From a virus (Duplodnaviria > Caudoviricetes), in IMG/VR virus record IMGVR_UViG_3300038393_001787, positions 1-42,780 of that record: a stretch of 42,780 nt of DNA; one strand, given 5' to 3'. Positions 26,659-36,173 of this stretch are shown here, piece after piece; position 1 is the stretch's first letter; each line of letters begins with the position of its first letter. The notes below the pieces were generated by a model. It made no database searches, had not been told where the DNA came from, and was given only the letters and a program-made list of their open reading frames with translations. The position numbers were made by a program, and so were the translations under genes.

Positions 26659-27102
26659 TCAGTTTTGCAGCGTGTATTCGGTCTCAACGACGATGATCGT
26701 GCCATCGTTGGGAAGCGCCGCGACCGCAGTCGTGAGGAACTGATCCTCATCGGCCGCGAGCTCGGCCGCGAGGTTCGCCGCCTTGGCGATCGTGACCGGC
26801 GAGTTGGCAGTCGTGTAGGTTGCGGCGGCCGCATATTTCGCCGTCGTGCCGGTAATGCCGAGCGCGAGCGTCGACGTGCCGAGCGTCGCCGATACCGTGA
26901 TGCGGTGCTTGATCCCGCGTGCGCCCTTGGGAACGCGCGGAAGCATCAGCCGCGAGCCGGCGGCGGCGGCGCCGCAATTGGTAGCGTCGCAAACGAAGCT
27001 CGAGACGGTGCGGCGCAGCTTGGCCGCAACGGCGTTGGCGGAACGTGCGACCGTCGGCTTGGTCGTACGGGCCGGCGCCTCTGAAGAGTAGAAGTCTGCC
27101 AT
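26659..27102 (-). CDS. Probable capsid decoration/cement protein (147 aa)
   Basis: Directly after the major capsid gene, AGGAGG SD, Ala/Thr-rich beta composition. Confidence 0.65.
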   Translation of the reverse strand: MADFYSSEAPARTTKPTVARSANAVAAKLRRTVSSFVCDATNCGAAAAGSRLMLPRVPKGARGIKHRITVSATLGTSTLALGITGTTAKYAAAATYTTANSPVTIAKAANLAAELAADEDQFLTTAVAALPNDGTIIVVETEYTLQN

Positions 27103-27202
27103 TCAATCCTCCTAAATCTGCCTACCGCTGTTGGAGGGCGCGGAGCCCTTGGGTCATGTGAGCCGCCCGTTTTCGGGCGGGCGGCTCACCGCCCCCCCGG
27201 AC

Positions 27203-28138
27203 TTAGCTCTCGACGCAGAGAATGTAGCCACACCGGTTATTGTCGGTGCGCGACGCTACGAGCTGCGTGCGGGAATAGACCTGGGCGCTGAAGTGCTGCG
27301 TCGGCAGCTTGTCGACCGACGTGAACAGATCTTCCCAGGTCGCCATGACCATGCCGTCAGCCGACCAGAACGGCACCTTGCGGTAGCCGTTGCCGTCGAC
27401 CGTGAGGCTCGCATTGTCGAACAGCGGATTGCCGAGCTCGATCTCGATGAACTCGAACCCTGCAAGGCCGGTCAGATACTTGCCGTCCTCGCTCCACTTG
27501 GGCTTGAGCGCGTTGAGAAAGTCGGTGTTGGTCGCCTTGGCGTCCGCCGTCAGATCCTCGACCTGAGCCGAAGTGAGCGCCATGTAGAGCGCCTGGTCGA
27601 GATTGACGTAGTTTTTCGCCAGGATCCGGCGCGCACGGCGGATCTTGGGCACGTTCATGCCGGCGTTCGCAGCGGCCACATTCGGCCCCTGGAAGTCGAC
27701 CGCAACGACGTTCGCCGCCGGGAAGGCATTGAGCACCGTTCCGGTTTTGCCGGTAATCATGTCGCCATAGAAGCCGGCGAGAAAAGCGTCGTCCTTGGCC
27801 CGGACGATCGCACCGGAGTGGCTCATGACCTCGCCGCCCTGGATATCGACGTTGGTCAGGAGCTTGTCCTGATTGTCGACCAGGGTCGCGTAATAGTCGG
27901 GATCCGGCGCGGCCACCCAAATGCCATCCCAACCGGTCGAGTCATGCACGACCTGGCCGTTGCGCTCGGTCTTTTTGCGCGTCTTGCCGTTGGAGATCAG
28001 GTTTTCGAGCTTGGTCTTTTCTGCGCCAGCGGTATTGCGCTGGATCGCCTTCGGCGCGAGCTTCGGCTGCTGCTGTTGCAGCTCGAGCCGCATATTCGAT
28101 TCAAACCGCGTTGCGGCGGTAAATGTTACGTCACCCAT
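27203..28138 (-). CDS. Major capsid protein
   Basis: 311 aa; LELQQQQPKL, LVDNQDKL, RAKDD, VDKLPTQHFSAQVY...RT; position between scaffold and tail tubular genes. Confidence 0.85.
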   Translation of the reverse strand: MGDVTFTAATRFESNMRLELQQQQPKLAPKAIQRNTAGAEKTKLENLISNGKTRKKTERNGQVVHDSTGWDGIWVAAPDPDYYATLVDNQDKLLTNVDIQGGEVMSHSGAIVRAKDDAFLAGFYGDMITGKTGTVLNAFPAANVVAVDFQGPNVAAANAGMNVPKIRRARRILAKNYVNLDQALYMALTSAQVEDLTADAKATNTDFLNALKPKWSEDGKYLTGLAGFEFIEIELGNPLFDNASLTVDGNGYRKVPFWSADGMVMATWEDLFTSVDKLPTQHFSAQVYSRTQLVASRTDNNRCGYILCVES

Positions 28139-28352
28139 AGCGGGCTCCCCGGTTTCTTGGATCCGGGGCTCTGGGAAAGCGCCGATCGGATCCGGTTGAA
28201 TGGAAAGCCGATCGGCGTGGCGGCCATTTGGCCGGGCCTATCTACCGTTTGGCGGCACGGTTCGCCGGGTGATTTCCCCCCACCAGGGCCGGGGCTGGCA
28301 AGCCAGCGTGGCCGGTTCGTCCAATTCCCCCCCAGGAACGAACTAGGGGCCG

Positions 28353-28381
28353 ACAATCTCGCGACTGCCGGCCCCTGTCAA
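28353..28381 (-). promoter_or_regulatory. Putative promoter upstream of the capsid gene, embedded in an inverted repeat
   Basis: - strand TTGACA, 17 bp, GATTGT; AGGGGCCGGCA/TGTCGGCCCCT dyad overlaps it. Confidence 0.5.
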
Positions 28382-28407
28382 CGGCCAAAATGCAACAGTG
28401 TGGCGAA

Positions 28408-29046
28408 TTAGCCGTGCGCCGGATCCGCCGGGATCACGATCTCCCAATCTTCGGCGAGCACGTCGGTCTGACTTGCGAGCCAGGGAACGACGTTTTCCTG
28501 CGCCGTTTTCATCGCGATATAGGCGCCGTAAGGGACAAGTGCGTCCTCGCCCCAATAAGCCTTTGCTGCTCCCGTCTGAGCGGGATAGCTGTTAGCCGGG
28601 ACCAGGTATAGGAACATGCCCTTGCCGTTCCATCCTGCTCGATGGATGCGATTGCCGAGCTTCAGCGCCACCAGCGCGTCGCTGAAGCTCATATTGGCCT
28701 CAACCGTCCGATAGGTGCGCTCGAACACGTCCGCCGGCGACCAGGACACGTAACCGGAGAAGCCCTCGACGTTCGGCTTGCCGCCATCGGTATATTCGAC
28801 CAGGTAGCCCGCTTCGGTTGGATCCTCATCCGCCGGCATCTGCCAGCCCCTGAAAGCGTTGTAGGCGCCGCGGGTCATCGGCCCGCCAAACAGCGTCTTG
28901 GTCCCCTGGTAAAGGATCATATCGGGCAATTGCAGCTTCGCTGATTCCTCGCCGAGCTCGAGCACGTCGGGCGCGAAATCGGGCTGAGCTTCAACCGTGC
29001 CGACCGCTTCGCCTTCCTCGGTAATTGCATGTGCGTTATCGTCCAT
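28408..29046 (-). CDS. DUF2829/Tad2-like nucleotide-sponge domain fused to an N-terminal GYxSWSPxxxFE domain
   Basis: C-terminal MSFSDAL.ALK.G..I.R.GWNGKGMF...PWLASQTDVLAEDW is the DUF2829 pattern; start ATG 29046 behind AAGGAGG. Confidence 0.8.
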   Translation of the reverse strand: MDDNAHAITEEGEAVGTVEAQPDFAPDVLELGEESAKLQLPDMILYQGTKTLFGGPMTRGAYNAFRGWQMPADEDPTEAGYLVEYTDGGKPNVEGFSGYVSWSPADVFERTYRTVEANMSFSDALVALKLGNRIHRAGWNGKGMFLYLVPANSYPAQTGAAKAYWGEDALVPYGAYIAMKTAQENVVPWLASQTDVLAEDWEIVIPADPAHG

Positions 29047-29160
29047 TTGTCCCTCCTTGCGTTGAAAAATGCGGGCCGCTGGCTGAGCCACTCAAGGCGC
29101 CGCCCAATGACGGCGCGCCGGGAGCCTCGCGAGCTGTACCGGACGGCCCTGGGTATCTCG

Positions 29161-30219
29161 TTAGGCTTTGCTCTCGAGCGATCGAAAATGCGCCAGAGCA
29201 TCCGTCAGGCGATTGTAGCGCGCGACGGTGACCGGATCCTTGTTTCGGAGCTTTTTCGCCGTTTCCGTATCGGAGATCATCGCGTCGATCGCCTTCTTCG
29301 CGCCCTCCGCATTAGCGACGCCAAAGCGATCAGCGGCGCGACCGCCATTGCCGGCAAAGAAATCCTCGCCGGCGAGCTGGCCGATCTTGGCGAACAGGTC
29401 GAGCGTTGCGCCGGCGCCGAACCCAGTCTGGATCTTGGAGATATCGGCGACCTTCAGGCCAAGCGCATTCATGCCGCGGCGGAACTCTTCCTTCCGCTGC
29501 TCGGCTTCCGGCCCCCATTCCTTGACCTTGGCGGCCTTGTCGGCGTTGAGGCGAGAAGCTTCCTCGACCATACTCCCGTACTGCGATTCCATGAACTTGG
29601 CGGCCAGGTCCGCGAAGGCCGCTTTCGGAATGTTGTGCTTGAGCGCGATCTCCCGGAACGGATCCATGAAAGCCGCGTCGATCTCGACGTCTTTGGCCCC
29701 TTCCGGCAGAGCAACTTCATAGCCGCCAGCCTCCTTTGGCGCGCCGATCGCCTCGCGATAGGCGGCGATCTCGGCCTCGGTCGCACCTTCGCCAGGCACC
29801 TTGACCTTGCCGCTCTCGCGAAGGCCGCGCTCGGCCGCACGGTAGCGCGTTACGACGTCGTCAAGATCCTTGGCGCCGATCTTCGCCAGCCACTCTTGGT
29901 TGCTGAGCTGGCCCTCGCCGGGCTTCTCGCCAGAAAACGACTTCATCCATTCGGCGACCGCGCCCTCGCCAGGCTTCTCCTCGCCAGGTTTTTCCTCGCC
30001 GGCGGGCTTCTCCTCGCCAGGCTTCGCCTCACCAACAGGCGCCGCCGCCGGCGTCTCGGTGCCGGCAAAGAAATCCTCTTCCTCGACCGCGGCCGCGCCG
30101 CCGCCAGCACCACCGCCGGTGTCGTCACCCTCCGGCACGCGCCCAAAATTCGCAAACCGACCAAAGCCGAGCGCTATCGCGCACGTGCTTGCCAGCAATC
30201 CCCCCCTACTCACGCCCAT
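29161..30219 (-). CDS. Capsid scaffolding protein
   Basis: Acidic low-complexity N-terminus with EEKPG repeats, IGAPKEAGGY, KEWG; between portal and capsid genes. Confidence 0.75.
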   Translation of the reverse strand: MGVSRGGLLASTCAIALGFGRFANFGRVPEGDDTGGGAGGGAAAVEEEDFFAGTETPAAAPVGEAKPGEEKPAGEEKPGEEKPGEGAVAEWMKSFSGEKPGEGQLSNQEWLAKIGAKDLDDVVTRYRAAERGLRESGKVKVPGEGATEAEIAAYREAIGAPKEAGGYEVALPEGAKDVEIDAAFMDPFREIALKHNIPKAAFADLAAKFMESQYGSMVEEASRLNADKAAKVKEWGPEAEQRKEEFRRGMNALGLKVADISKIQTGFGAGATLDLFAKIGQLAGEDFFAGNGGRAADRFGVANAEGAKKAIDAMISDTETAKKLRNKDPVTVARYNRLTDALAHFRSLESKA

Positions 30220-30544
30220 TGTCCACCTCCACTAATGCCCGAACCTCAGACGGTTCGAGCTCCAAAAAATCGAGCACGCGATTGACCACTTCGCGGCGGC
30301 CCTCGATCCGCGCCATCGACAACGGATCGATCTTGCCGGTGAGATCGCGCAGAAATGCGTGCTGCTTATGCGAACCGAGCTTCGCGAACTTGCGCAGATC
30401 GGCGAGCAAGATCGCCCCCTCGAGCGTCGGCTTGCCGACTTCATCCAGGATGCACGCTTTGACCGATCGGGCGAGCTCGAGCGCACGGCGGCGCATCAGA
30501 TCCTCGACCGCCTGTTTCAACTTGTCGGGATGAAAGACGCTCAC
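30206..30544 (-). CDS. Small conserved virion-module protein (Bbp19-like)
   Basis: ILLADLRKFA...MARIEGRREVV pattern directly after the portal. Confidence 0.65.
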   Translation of the reverse strand: MSVFHPDKLKQAVEDLMRRRALELARSVKACILDEVGKPTLEGAILLADLRKFAKLGSHKQHAFLRDLTGKIDPLSMARIEGRREVVNRVLDFLELEPSEVRALVEVDNGRE

Positions 30545-32223
30545 AGGCCGCCGCCCTCGCCGAGCTTGGCCGCAATCTCGCGGGTGCGCGCCATGTTCAG
30601 CGCCGCCTGGGACATATCAGGCGCCATTTGCGCTTCCTGGGCCGCGTCGGTGCGGTCCTGGTTGGCCTGGCGCTGCGCCGCGAGCTCCTCGTCGCTATAG
30701 ACCGACGTCGGCCGTACGCCGAGCACTTCGGCCGCGTTGACCATGCCGTCATCAAAGTTGATCCGATCGAGCGCGTCGCGGCGCCCGGCGGCCGCGGCCT
30801 GGCTTCCCATTTCCACCCACCGGTTGAAGCCGCTGACTTCCTCCGCGCGCGCCATGCGCGACAGCGGATTGGTCATTTGGATGATCGGCTTCGCGCCGGC
30901 CTCGAGAACTTCAGGCGGAAGATCGTCAATCGCCTTGGCGTTCATCATGATATCCAGCTCGCGCTCGATCTGCGGCCCGAGCTTCTCGGTTTCCCGGCGC
31001 CCCGCGAACGGCGCGATGAGCACGCCCTCCTTTTGCAGCGTTTCCATGACTTGCGTTGCCGTCATGCGATCGGAGGGATCGGACAGGAGCCGGAAAAACT
31101 CGTCGAGGAACGCTTGCTTGACGACGGCGCGCTCGCTTTGCTGGATCTCGAGCCCGACCGGGATCTGGCCGCCCGTCATGAGCGGATGCACGAGAATGTG
31201 CCCCTCGCTATCGACGCCGCCGGCGGTGAGCCCGCCCGGCTTGGTCACCACTTTGCTGATATCGGCGTCGTCGGCGTAGAGCAGCGGCGGATCGACCGCC
31301 TTGTTGGCCGCGTCGAGGATCGTTCGGCCCATCACCTGGAGCCCTTTGACCGTCGCCAGCACCTTCATTGCCGGCGATCGGCCGTAAACGTCGCGCGGCC
31401 CGGTGACATGGCGCGAAACCGGGATCGGCATGGTGCGGAATCCGGCGCGGCGGATCACATGCTTTTCGCCGAGCTCGATATAGAGGCTCTCGACCGGCTT
31501 GCCCTTGGCGCCGAGATAGCCAGGCTCGAAATCCCGGTTCGGCCTGACAACGTGCAGGATCTCGATCTCGTTGTTGCGCTTCTTCGCGTCCGCATAATCC
31601 ATGCGGCTCTTGTCGGAGAGGTTGTCGAGCCCAAATTCCGCGGCCGCATTGCGGATCGTGCAGACATAGGCGCGGTGCACGGTGTCGATCCGGCCCGAAT
31701 AGTCCTCGTCGACATAGACCTCGCTCATGTGGAGCGTCTTGTAGAACAGACCCTTGCCGACGACTTCGCCGACCCACATCGCCGACGTGCCGTATTTGCC
31801 TTCCTGGCGGATATCCTCATGCGCCTGGGCCTCGAAACCGGTGTTTGGCGCATAGCGCGCGATGAACAGCCGATCGGCCGCGTGCGCGCACCAGCGCTTG
31901 ACGCTCGGCAGCTTCATCAAATCCTTGTCGGCGAAGGCAACCCCGTGCCAGCGCTGTTGCCGCGGGATGGTAATTCCGGCGATCGCGGCCGTGTAGCGAT
32001 CGAGACCGTCGAGCGCGGTCACATCAAACAGCTCATCGGCCAGGTGGAGCTGCGGCGAGCTGCTCTTGTCCCACCCACCGGCGCCGTGCGGATCGACATA
32101 GCGATCGATCTCGCGCCAGGTGCTCTCATAGAAGGCGCGTTTTTCCTTCAGCCGCTCGTGATTGGAGAGGATCAGTTGAACGTTTTCGGTGTCGAGGCTC
32201 TCGGCCGCGGCTTGCTCTGCCAT
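30541..32223 (-). CDS. Portal (head-to-tail connector)
   Basis: 560 aa; W.EI..YV.P, YGTSAM, YGRSPAM, VDPPL, MTATQV motifs of T7-type connectors. Confidence 0.92.
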   Translation of the reverse strand: MAEQAAAESLDTENVQLILSNHERLKEKRAFYESTWREIDRYVDPHGAGGWDKSSSPQLHLADELFDVTALDGLDRYTAAIAGITIPRQQRWHGVAFADKDLMKLPSVKRWCAHAADRLFIARYAPNTGFEAQAHEDIRQEGKYGTSAMWVGEVVGKGLFYKTLHMSEVYVDEDYSGRIDTVHRAYVCTIRNAAAEFGLDNLSDKSRMDYADAKKRNNEIEILHVVRPNRDFEPGYLGAKGKPVESLYIELGEKHVIRRAGFRTMPIPVSRHVTGPRDVYGRSPAMKVLATVKGLQVMGRTILDAANKAVDPPLLYADDADISKVVTKPGGLTAGGVDSEGHILVHPLMTGGQIPVGLEIQQSERAVVKQAFLDEFFRLLSDPSDRMTATQVMETLQKEGVLIAPFAGRRETEKLGPQIERELDIMMNAKAIDDLPPEVLEAGAKPIIQMTNPLSRMARAEEVSGFNRWVEMGSQAAAAGRRDALDRINFDDGMVNAAEVLGVRPTSVYSDEELAAQRQANQDRTDAAQEAQMAPDMSQAALNMARTREIAAKLGEGGGL

Positions 32224-32296
32224 TGATTGGATCCCCCCCAGGATAATTTGGGCGCCGGCGGAAGATTGCCCCCACCGCCGGCGCCCCCTCGCGAAA

Positions 32297-33217
32297 CTAG
32301 CCGAAGATCAGCGCCCGGTTGAACGCGCGCTCCTGGCCCGGCTCAATGCGAACCGCGGGATCGAAGGCGCAATACCCAACCTGGCTATCCCCGAGCAACA
32401 GCCCGGCGCCGTGAATCGACTCCGGCGCCGTCGCACCCTTGACGTGGATGACCGGCGCGACCGCAAATTGATTGGTTGCGAAGCGGTGGAGCTGGTCGCC
32501 GGCGATCTTGATCGGGCCGAACTCGACCAGCTCAAATTCGCCGTTGGAGAACGCGATCTCGAACGCGCCGCCGGCGTCGATCGCCTGGGCGATCTCATCG
32601 GCCGTCAGGCTTCCGAAAGTCGGCCCGACGTCGCGCGCCCCTTCTGGCCTCTCGCGAACCGGCGCCGGCGCCGCGGGCTCGGCCGCGGCTTCCGAAACCG
32701 TCGGCGACGTGCCCTTGCCTTCCTCGGCGAGCAGATTGGCTAGACGGTTCTTTTCGTTGATCGCGTCAGCGACGTCGATCTCGAGCTCGGCGACTTCGTC
32801 CTCGAGCTCTTTCACGCGCGACTCTGCCCTGCTTGCCCGCTCGGCCGCGGCGATCAGCGCCTGGTCGCCCCCTTCCGGCGTCTCCGGACCCTTCGCAATC
32901 TGCGCGTCGAGCTCGACGAGCGCGGCCTTCAGCTTATCGATCGTAACCACAGCGGCGGCGCACGGATCATCCGTCTCTGTAAGCTCAACGATGCCGGCAA
33001 CGGCCAAGGTTGCCTTCAGCTCGGCGATCGCGAGCATCTGCTCGCGCCAGCGCTTCACGATCGCGATCGATTGCTCGATAGGATCCTGGCCCTCTTTGAG
33101 CTCGATCCCGTTCGCGGCCATTGCCATTGCCAAAGCCGAAACTCCGGCCTCGAGCATCGCCAGGCGCTTGTTGTTGTCCGGTGTCTTTTCGGCACCGCCC
33201 CCGGTTGATTTAGCCAT
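32297..33217 (-). CDS. Hypothetical coiled-coil protein (306 aa)
   Basis: AGGAGGG SD; long heptad stretches. Confidence 0.75.
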   Translation of the reverse strand: MAKSTGGGAEKTPDNNKRLAMLEAGVSALAMAMAANGIELKEGQDPIEQSIAIVKRWREQMLAIAELKATLAVAGIVELTETDDPCAAAVVTIDKLKAALVELDAQIAKGPETPEGGDQALIAAAERASRAESRVKELEDEVAELEIDVADAINEKNRLANLLAEEGKGTSPTVSEAAAEPAAPAPVRERPEGARDVGPTFGSLTADEIAQAIDAGGAFEIAFSNGEFELVEFGPIKIAGDQLHRFATNQFAVAPVIHVKGATAPESIHGAGLLLGDSQVGYCAFDPAVRIEPGQERAFNRALIFG

Positions 33218-33239
33218 TCTTCAATCCCTCCTGTCAGTC

Positions 33240-33464
33240 CTAGCCGAGTTGCGTTTTCGACGTTGATCCGGCCTCGGCGCCGCCGGTTCCCGTTACCTGG
33301 TCCGCCTGGCCGCCGCGGCGGCCGAACAGAGCATCTTGTGCATTCGCTGCGTCGCGAGCCGTGTCGCGCGTCACAACCGGCGTCGGCGCCGGCGGCTTTG
33401 GCAGCTTGGGGATCAGACCCAGGGCTTTAAGCGGGGCCTTGATGATGGAACCGATCGCTTTCAT
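33240..33464 (-). CDS. Small virion-assembly-region protein (74 aa)
   Basis: Pro-rich middle, Gly-rich end terminating in LG; between terL and portal. Confidence 0.65.
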   Translation of the reverse strand: MKAIGSIIKAPLKALGLIPKLPKPPAPTPVVTRDTARDAANAQDALFGRRGGQADQVTGTGGAEAGSTSKTQLG

Positions 33465-33470
33465 TTGGAC

Positions 33471-35063
33471 CTACCTCCCGGTGTGAATGTTGTAGTCGCG
33501 TTCAACTTTGACCTCGCGGCGGCTCGAGCGCTCGATCGCGCCAGGATGAGGCCGCCCGACGTCGCTTTCATCGCCATTGCCTTGCTTGGTGAGCCCACAG
33601 CACAGGTATTGATTGGCGTCCTGGACGTGCGAATAGTCGTTCTTGACCGGCTTATCCTGAAACCGGCCCATGCCGTTGGAGAGCTGCGAGCGGCCGTAAA
33701 TGTACATGCCCTTGAAGCCGCGGCGGAGGATCTTGCAGCGCGTCGGACAGACCAGGTAACCCGGCTCGCCGCCCTCGACGATCGTCCGCATCGGCTTGCG
33801 CACCGCCTCGAGCCGATCCTCGAGCCGGTTTCCCTTCACCGGAGCCGGCTTCACTCGAATATTGTCGCCGAGCTCCTCGCGCAGCCCCTTCTGGAAATTC
33901 TGCCGCCAGGAAGGATCCGCGCCTCGCGCCCCCTCGCCGGCGGTGCCCGCCGGATCGATCCAGACAATCTCCGACACCGGGTTGTCGGGGAATTGATCCT
34001 TGCAATAGCGGCCGACCATGCGCCCGAAAGCGGTCGCGCCGAGCTGCTCGAGCGCCTCATCTTCGCTTCCGGCAAAGACAACGACCTCGCCGAGCACGCG
34101 GATCTGCCCACGATGGTCGCGTTGGCCGATCACCGCCGCCGGCGTCAGGCCGGCGTCCGCCGCGATCCTTAGCGGCACGTCCTTGATCGGGCGAAGCTTG
34201 CCCTCGCCGACGTGCAACTTGTCCTCATACTCGGTGTAAACCGGTTGGCCCTTCCGCACCGGGCCGAACTCATTGTCCACCATGCGCCGGACTTTGTGCT
34301 TGTCGCGGCCCATGCCGAGAATTTGCTGAGCGTAATAGCCCTTCGGCAGATTATGGATGTTCTCCGGCGACGGATCCTTCGATCGGCCACCAGGTTGCAC
34401 GTAGAAACCGATGCCAAAGAGCTCGCCGAGCTCCTCTTTCAGCTCCGCGATCGTCTCAGGGTCGAGGCCGAGATCCTGGTCGACGAACAGCTCATAGGTC
34501 CAATTCTCGACGTCGGGCGCGTTCATGTCGAGAATGATCCCGCGCCAGGCGCAACCGCCCTGCATCATGCTTGGATAGCGGCCGACGCGGCCGATCCCGA
34601 TCGTGAACACGTCGCGAACGCACAGATCGCCCTCATTTAGCCACAGGCCGGTGAGCTCCCACCCGCGCATGACGTCCTCGACCTTGTGCTCGCCGATCGC
34701 GGCGAAAATGACAGTCAGCTCGACGGTGAACTTGCGGCCGCCCATGAACACCGAGAAGCGCACGGTATGCTCGAACGGAGCCTCACCGTTCCAATCGCCG
34801 AGCGCCTTCGGAAACCACTGAAACCAGCTCGCGAGCGCAGTCTTTTTGAGCTGCGGATAGGTGTCGCGGATCACGCCCCACTTGGCGCGGAATACGCCAT
34901 CGGGACCGGGCCGCTGCCAAAGCGCGCCGTGGATCATCTTGCGGATGCATGTCGTCGTTTTCGCCGAACCTACCGGCCCCATGATGCCGGTAATGAGGCG
35001 CTTGTCCCAGGCGAACGCCTCCGCCTTGGGACCGACCGGTTTCATGAGCTGCGCCAGGGTCAT
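33471..35063 (-). CDS. terL: Terminase large subunit
   Basis: Walker A GPVGSAKTT, IRDTYPQLK, ELTGLWLNE, nuclease DAGLTPAAV and SHVQDANQY. Confidence 0.92.
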   Translation of the reverse strand: MTLAQLMKPVGPKAEAFAWDKRLITGIMGPVGSAKTTTCIRKMIHGALWQRPGPDGVFRAKWGVIRDTYPQLKKTALASWFQWFPKALGDWNGEAPFEHTVRFSVFMGGRKFTVELTVIFAAIGEHKVEDVMRGWELTGLWLNEGDLCVRDVFTIGIGRVGRYPSMMQGGCAWRGIILDMNAPDVENWTYELFVDQDLGLDPETIAELKEELGELFGIGFYVQPGGRSKDPSPENIHNLPKGYYAQQILGMGRDKHKVRRMVDNEFGPVRKGQPVYTEYEDKLHVGEGKLRPIKDVPLRIAADAGLTPAAVIGQRDHRGQIRVLGEVVVFAGSEDEALEQLGATAFGRMVGRYCKDQFPDNPVSEIVWIDPAGTAGEGARGADPSWRQNFQKGLREELGDNIRVKPAPVKGNRLEDRLEAVRKPMRTIVEGGEPGYLVCPTRCKILRRGFKGMYIYGRSQLSNGMGRFQDKPVKNDYSHVQDANQYLCCGLTKQGNGDESDVGRPHPGAIERSSRREVKVERDYNIHTGR

Positions 35064-35344
35064 ACGAGGCGCCCCACGTTTTCGTTGCGCTCAATCCACT
35101 CGCGGACCTCGCGCGCAGCGTCGACGTAGGCGCGGCTCGGCGTCTTGCTTTCCTCCTGGCCGGGCCGGAAGGTCGCCCATATTTTGGTTCTGAGCTCGAG
35201 CGGGAGCTTATACCAATGCTCGCGGCAACCCCACAGCGCCGGCGGAACTTTCCGCGCGCAACCAGGCCAATGGCAATGGTGCCCTCTAGCCGGCGTGCGA
35301 ACCCGGTCGCGGACATATTCCGCTTTGCGGCCGATCGAGCTCAC
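35060..35344 (-). CDS. Small Cys/His-motif protein (HCHWPGC...CREHW)
   Basis: Start reassigned to GTG 35344 (GTGA overlap); ATGA-coupled to terL. Confidence 0.7.
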   Translation of the reverse strand: MSSIGRKAEYVRDRVRTPARGHHCHWPGCARKVPPALWGCREHWYKLPLELRTKIWATFRPGQEESKTPSRAYVDAAREVREWIERNENVGRLV

Positions 35345-35490
35345 CAGCGCGAGCCCGCGAAGAACGCCACCGCCAGGCCGGCGAGCATGACAACCCAACC
35401 CGCGGCGTGCTCGCCCGGCTCATAGCTCCTCGAGAGCGGCGCGCCCCATTTGACGAACGCCAAGGCGATGATGAGCTCGAGCACCATCAT
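35341..35490 (-). CDS. Small two-TM membrane protein (49 aa, MMVLELIIALAFVKWG...)
   Basis: Translated by hand; coupled at both ends. Confidence 0.6.
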   Translation of the reverse strand: MMVLELIIALAFVKWGAPLSRSYEPGEHAAGWVVMLAGLAVAFFAGSRW

Positions 35491-35729
35491 GCCGGCACCA
35501 CAGCGGCTTCATAGCCGGCGATCGCGACGAACTCTTTCGGGACAAACCACAGTCGCAGGGACTTCGTGCCTGGTAAGGGCCGCGTCCGGATCTCGAATCC
35601 GTTGTGCCTGGCAAGCTGCAAGATGCGGCCGTTCCGCTCGACTTGCTCGTCGAGCTCAGCGCGCAGCCCTGCAACGTCAATCGCAGCGACGTCGGCCGCG
35701 ACTTGCTTCGGCGTTGGGGAGGAGCTCAT
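35487..35729 (-). CDS. Hypothetical protein (MSSSPTPKQVAA...)
   Basis: GGAGGG SD before ATG 35729. Confidence 0.65.
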   Translation of the reverse strand: MSSSPTPKQVAADVAAIDVAGLRAELDEQVERNGRILQLARHNGFEIRTRPLPGTKSLRLWFVPKEFVAIAGYEAAVVPA

Positions 35730-35930
35730 CGCCCCTCCCCGCGCCGCTCTGCCGTGCTTCGCCGAATTACTCGGCACTCGTCTGCCGCCCCGCCCCGGCA
35801 CCACAGCACGGCCCTATTACGGCTGCGAGCAGTAGCAGCCGCTGAAGCGGGCGAGGACGAATTTCGTCGCACGGACGCGCGCCGACAAACGTCGGCCTCG
35901 CGTGCACGTGCACGTGAGGAGCGCCGGCGG

Positions 35931-36173
35931 TCAGTCAATGCCGAGCGCCTGGCGATAAGTTTCGAGCAGCGCGTCGGCTTCCTGGCGAGCGTTCGCGTCC
36001 ATTCCCCGAAGCTGGATAATCCGCCTCATGGTCTTGGTATCGTATCCGCGCGACTTCGCCTCGCCGTAAACGTCGCGAATGTCGTCGGCGATGCCTTTGC
36101 GCTCCTCGTGCATCCGCTCGACACGCTCGATCAGGAGCCGGAGCTCGTCGGCCGCAACGCTTCCTTCAGCCAT
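35931..36173 (-). CDS. gapR: GapR/DUF2312 nucleoid-associated protein homologue
   Basis: AADELRLLIERVER..EE.K.IADDIRDVY.EAKSRGYD.K.MR.II.LR...R.E..ALLETY..ALG is the family signature. Confidence 0.92.
   Translation of the reverse strand: MAEGSVAADELRLLIERVERMHEERKGIADDIRDVYGEAKSRGYDTKTMRRIIQLRGMDANARQEADALLETYRQALGID

Noticed and set aside
14454-32226. Long + strand ORFs (e.g. 14454-15872, 18005-19564, 20650-22554, 30628-32226)
   Set aside because: Antisense shadows of well-supported - strand structural genes in GC-rich DNA; no motifs.
35726-35938. 70-aa Arg-rich ORF after gapR
   Set aside because: It fills the gap and is ATGA-coupled, but has a weak start and shadow-like composition; not enough support to list.
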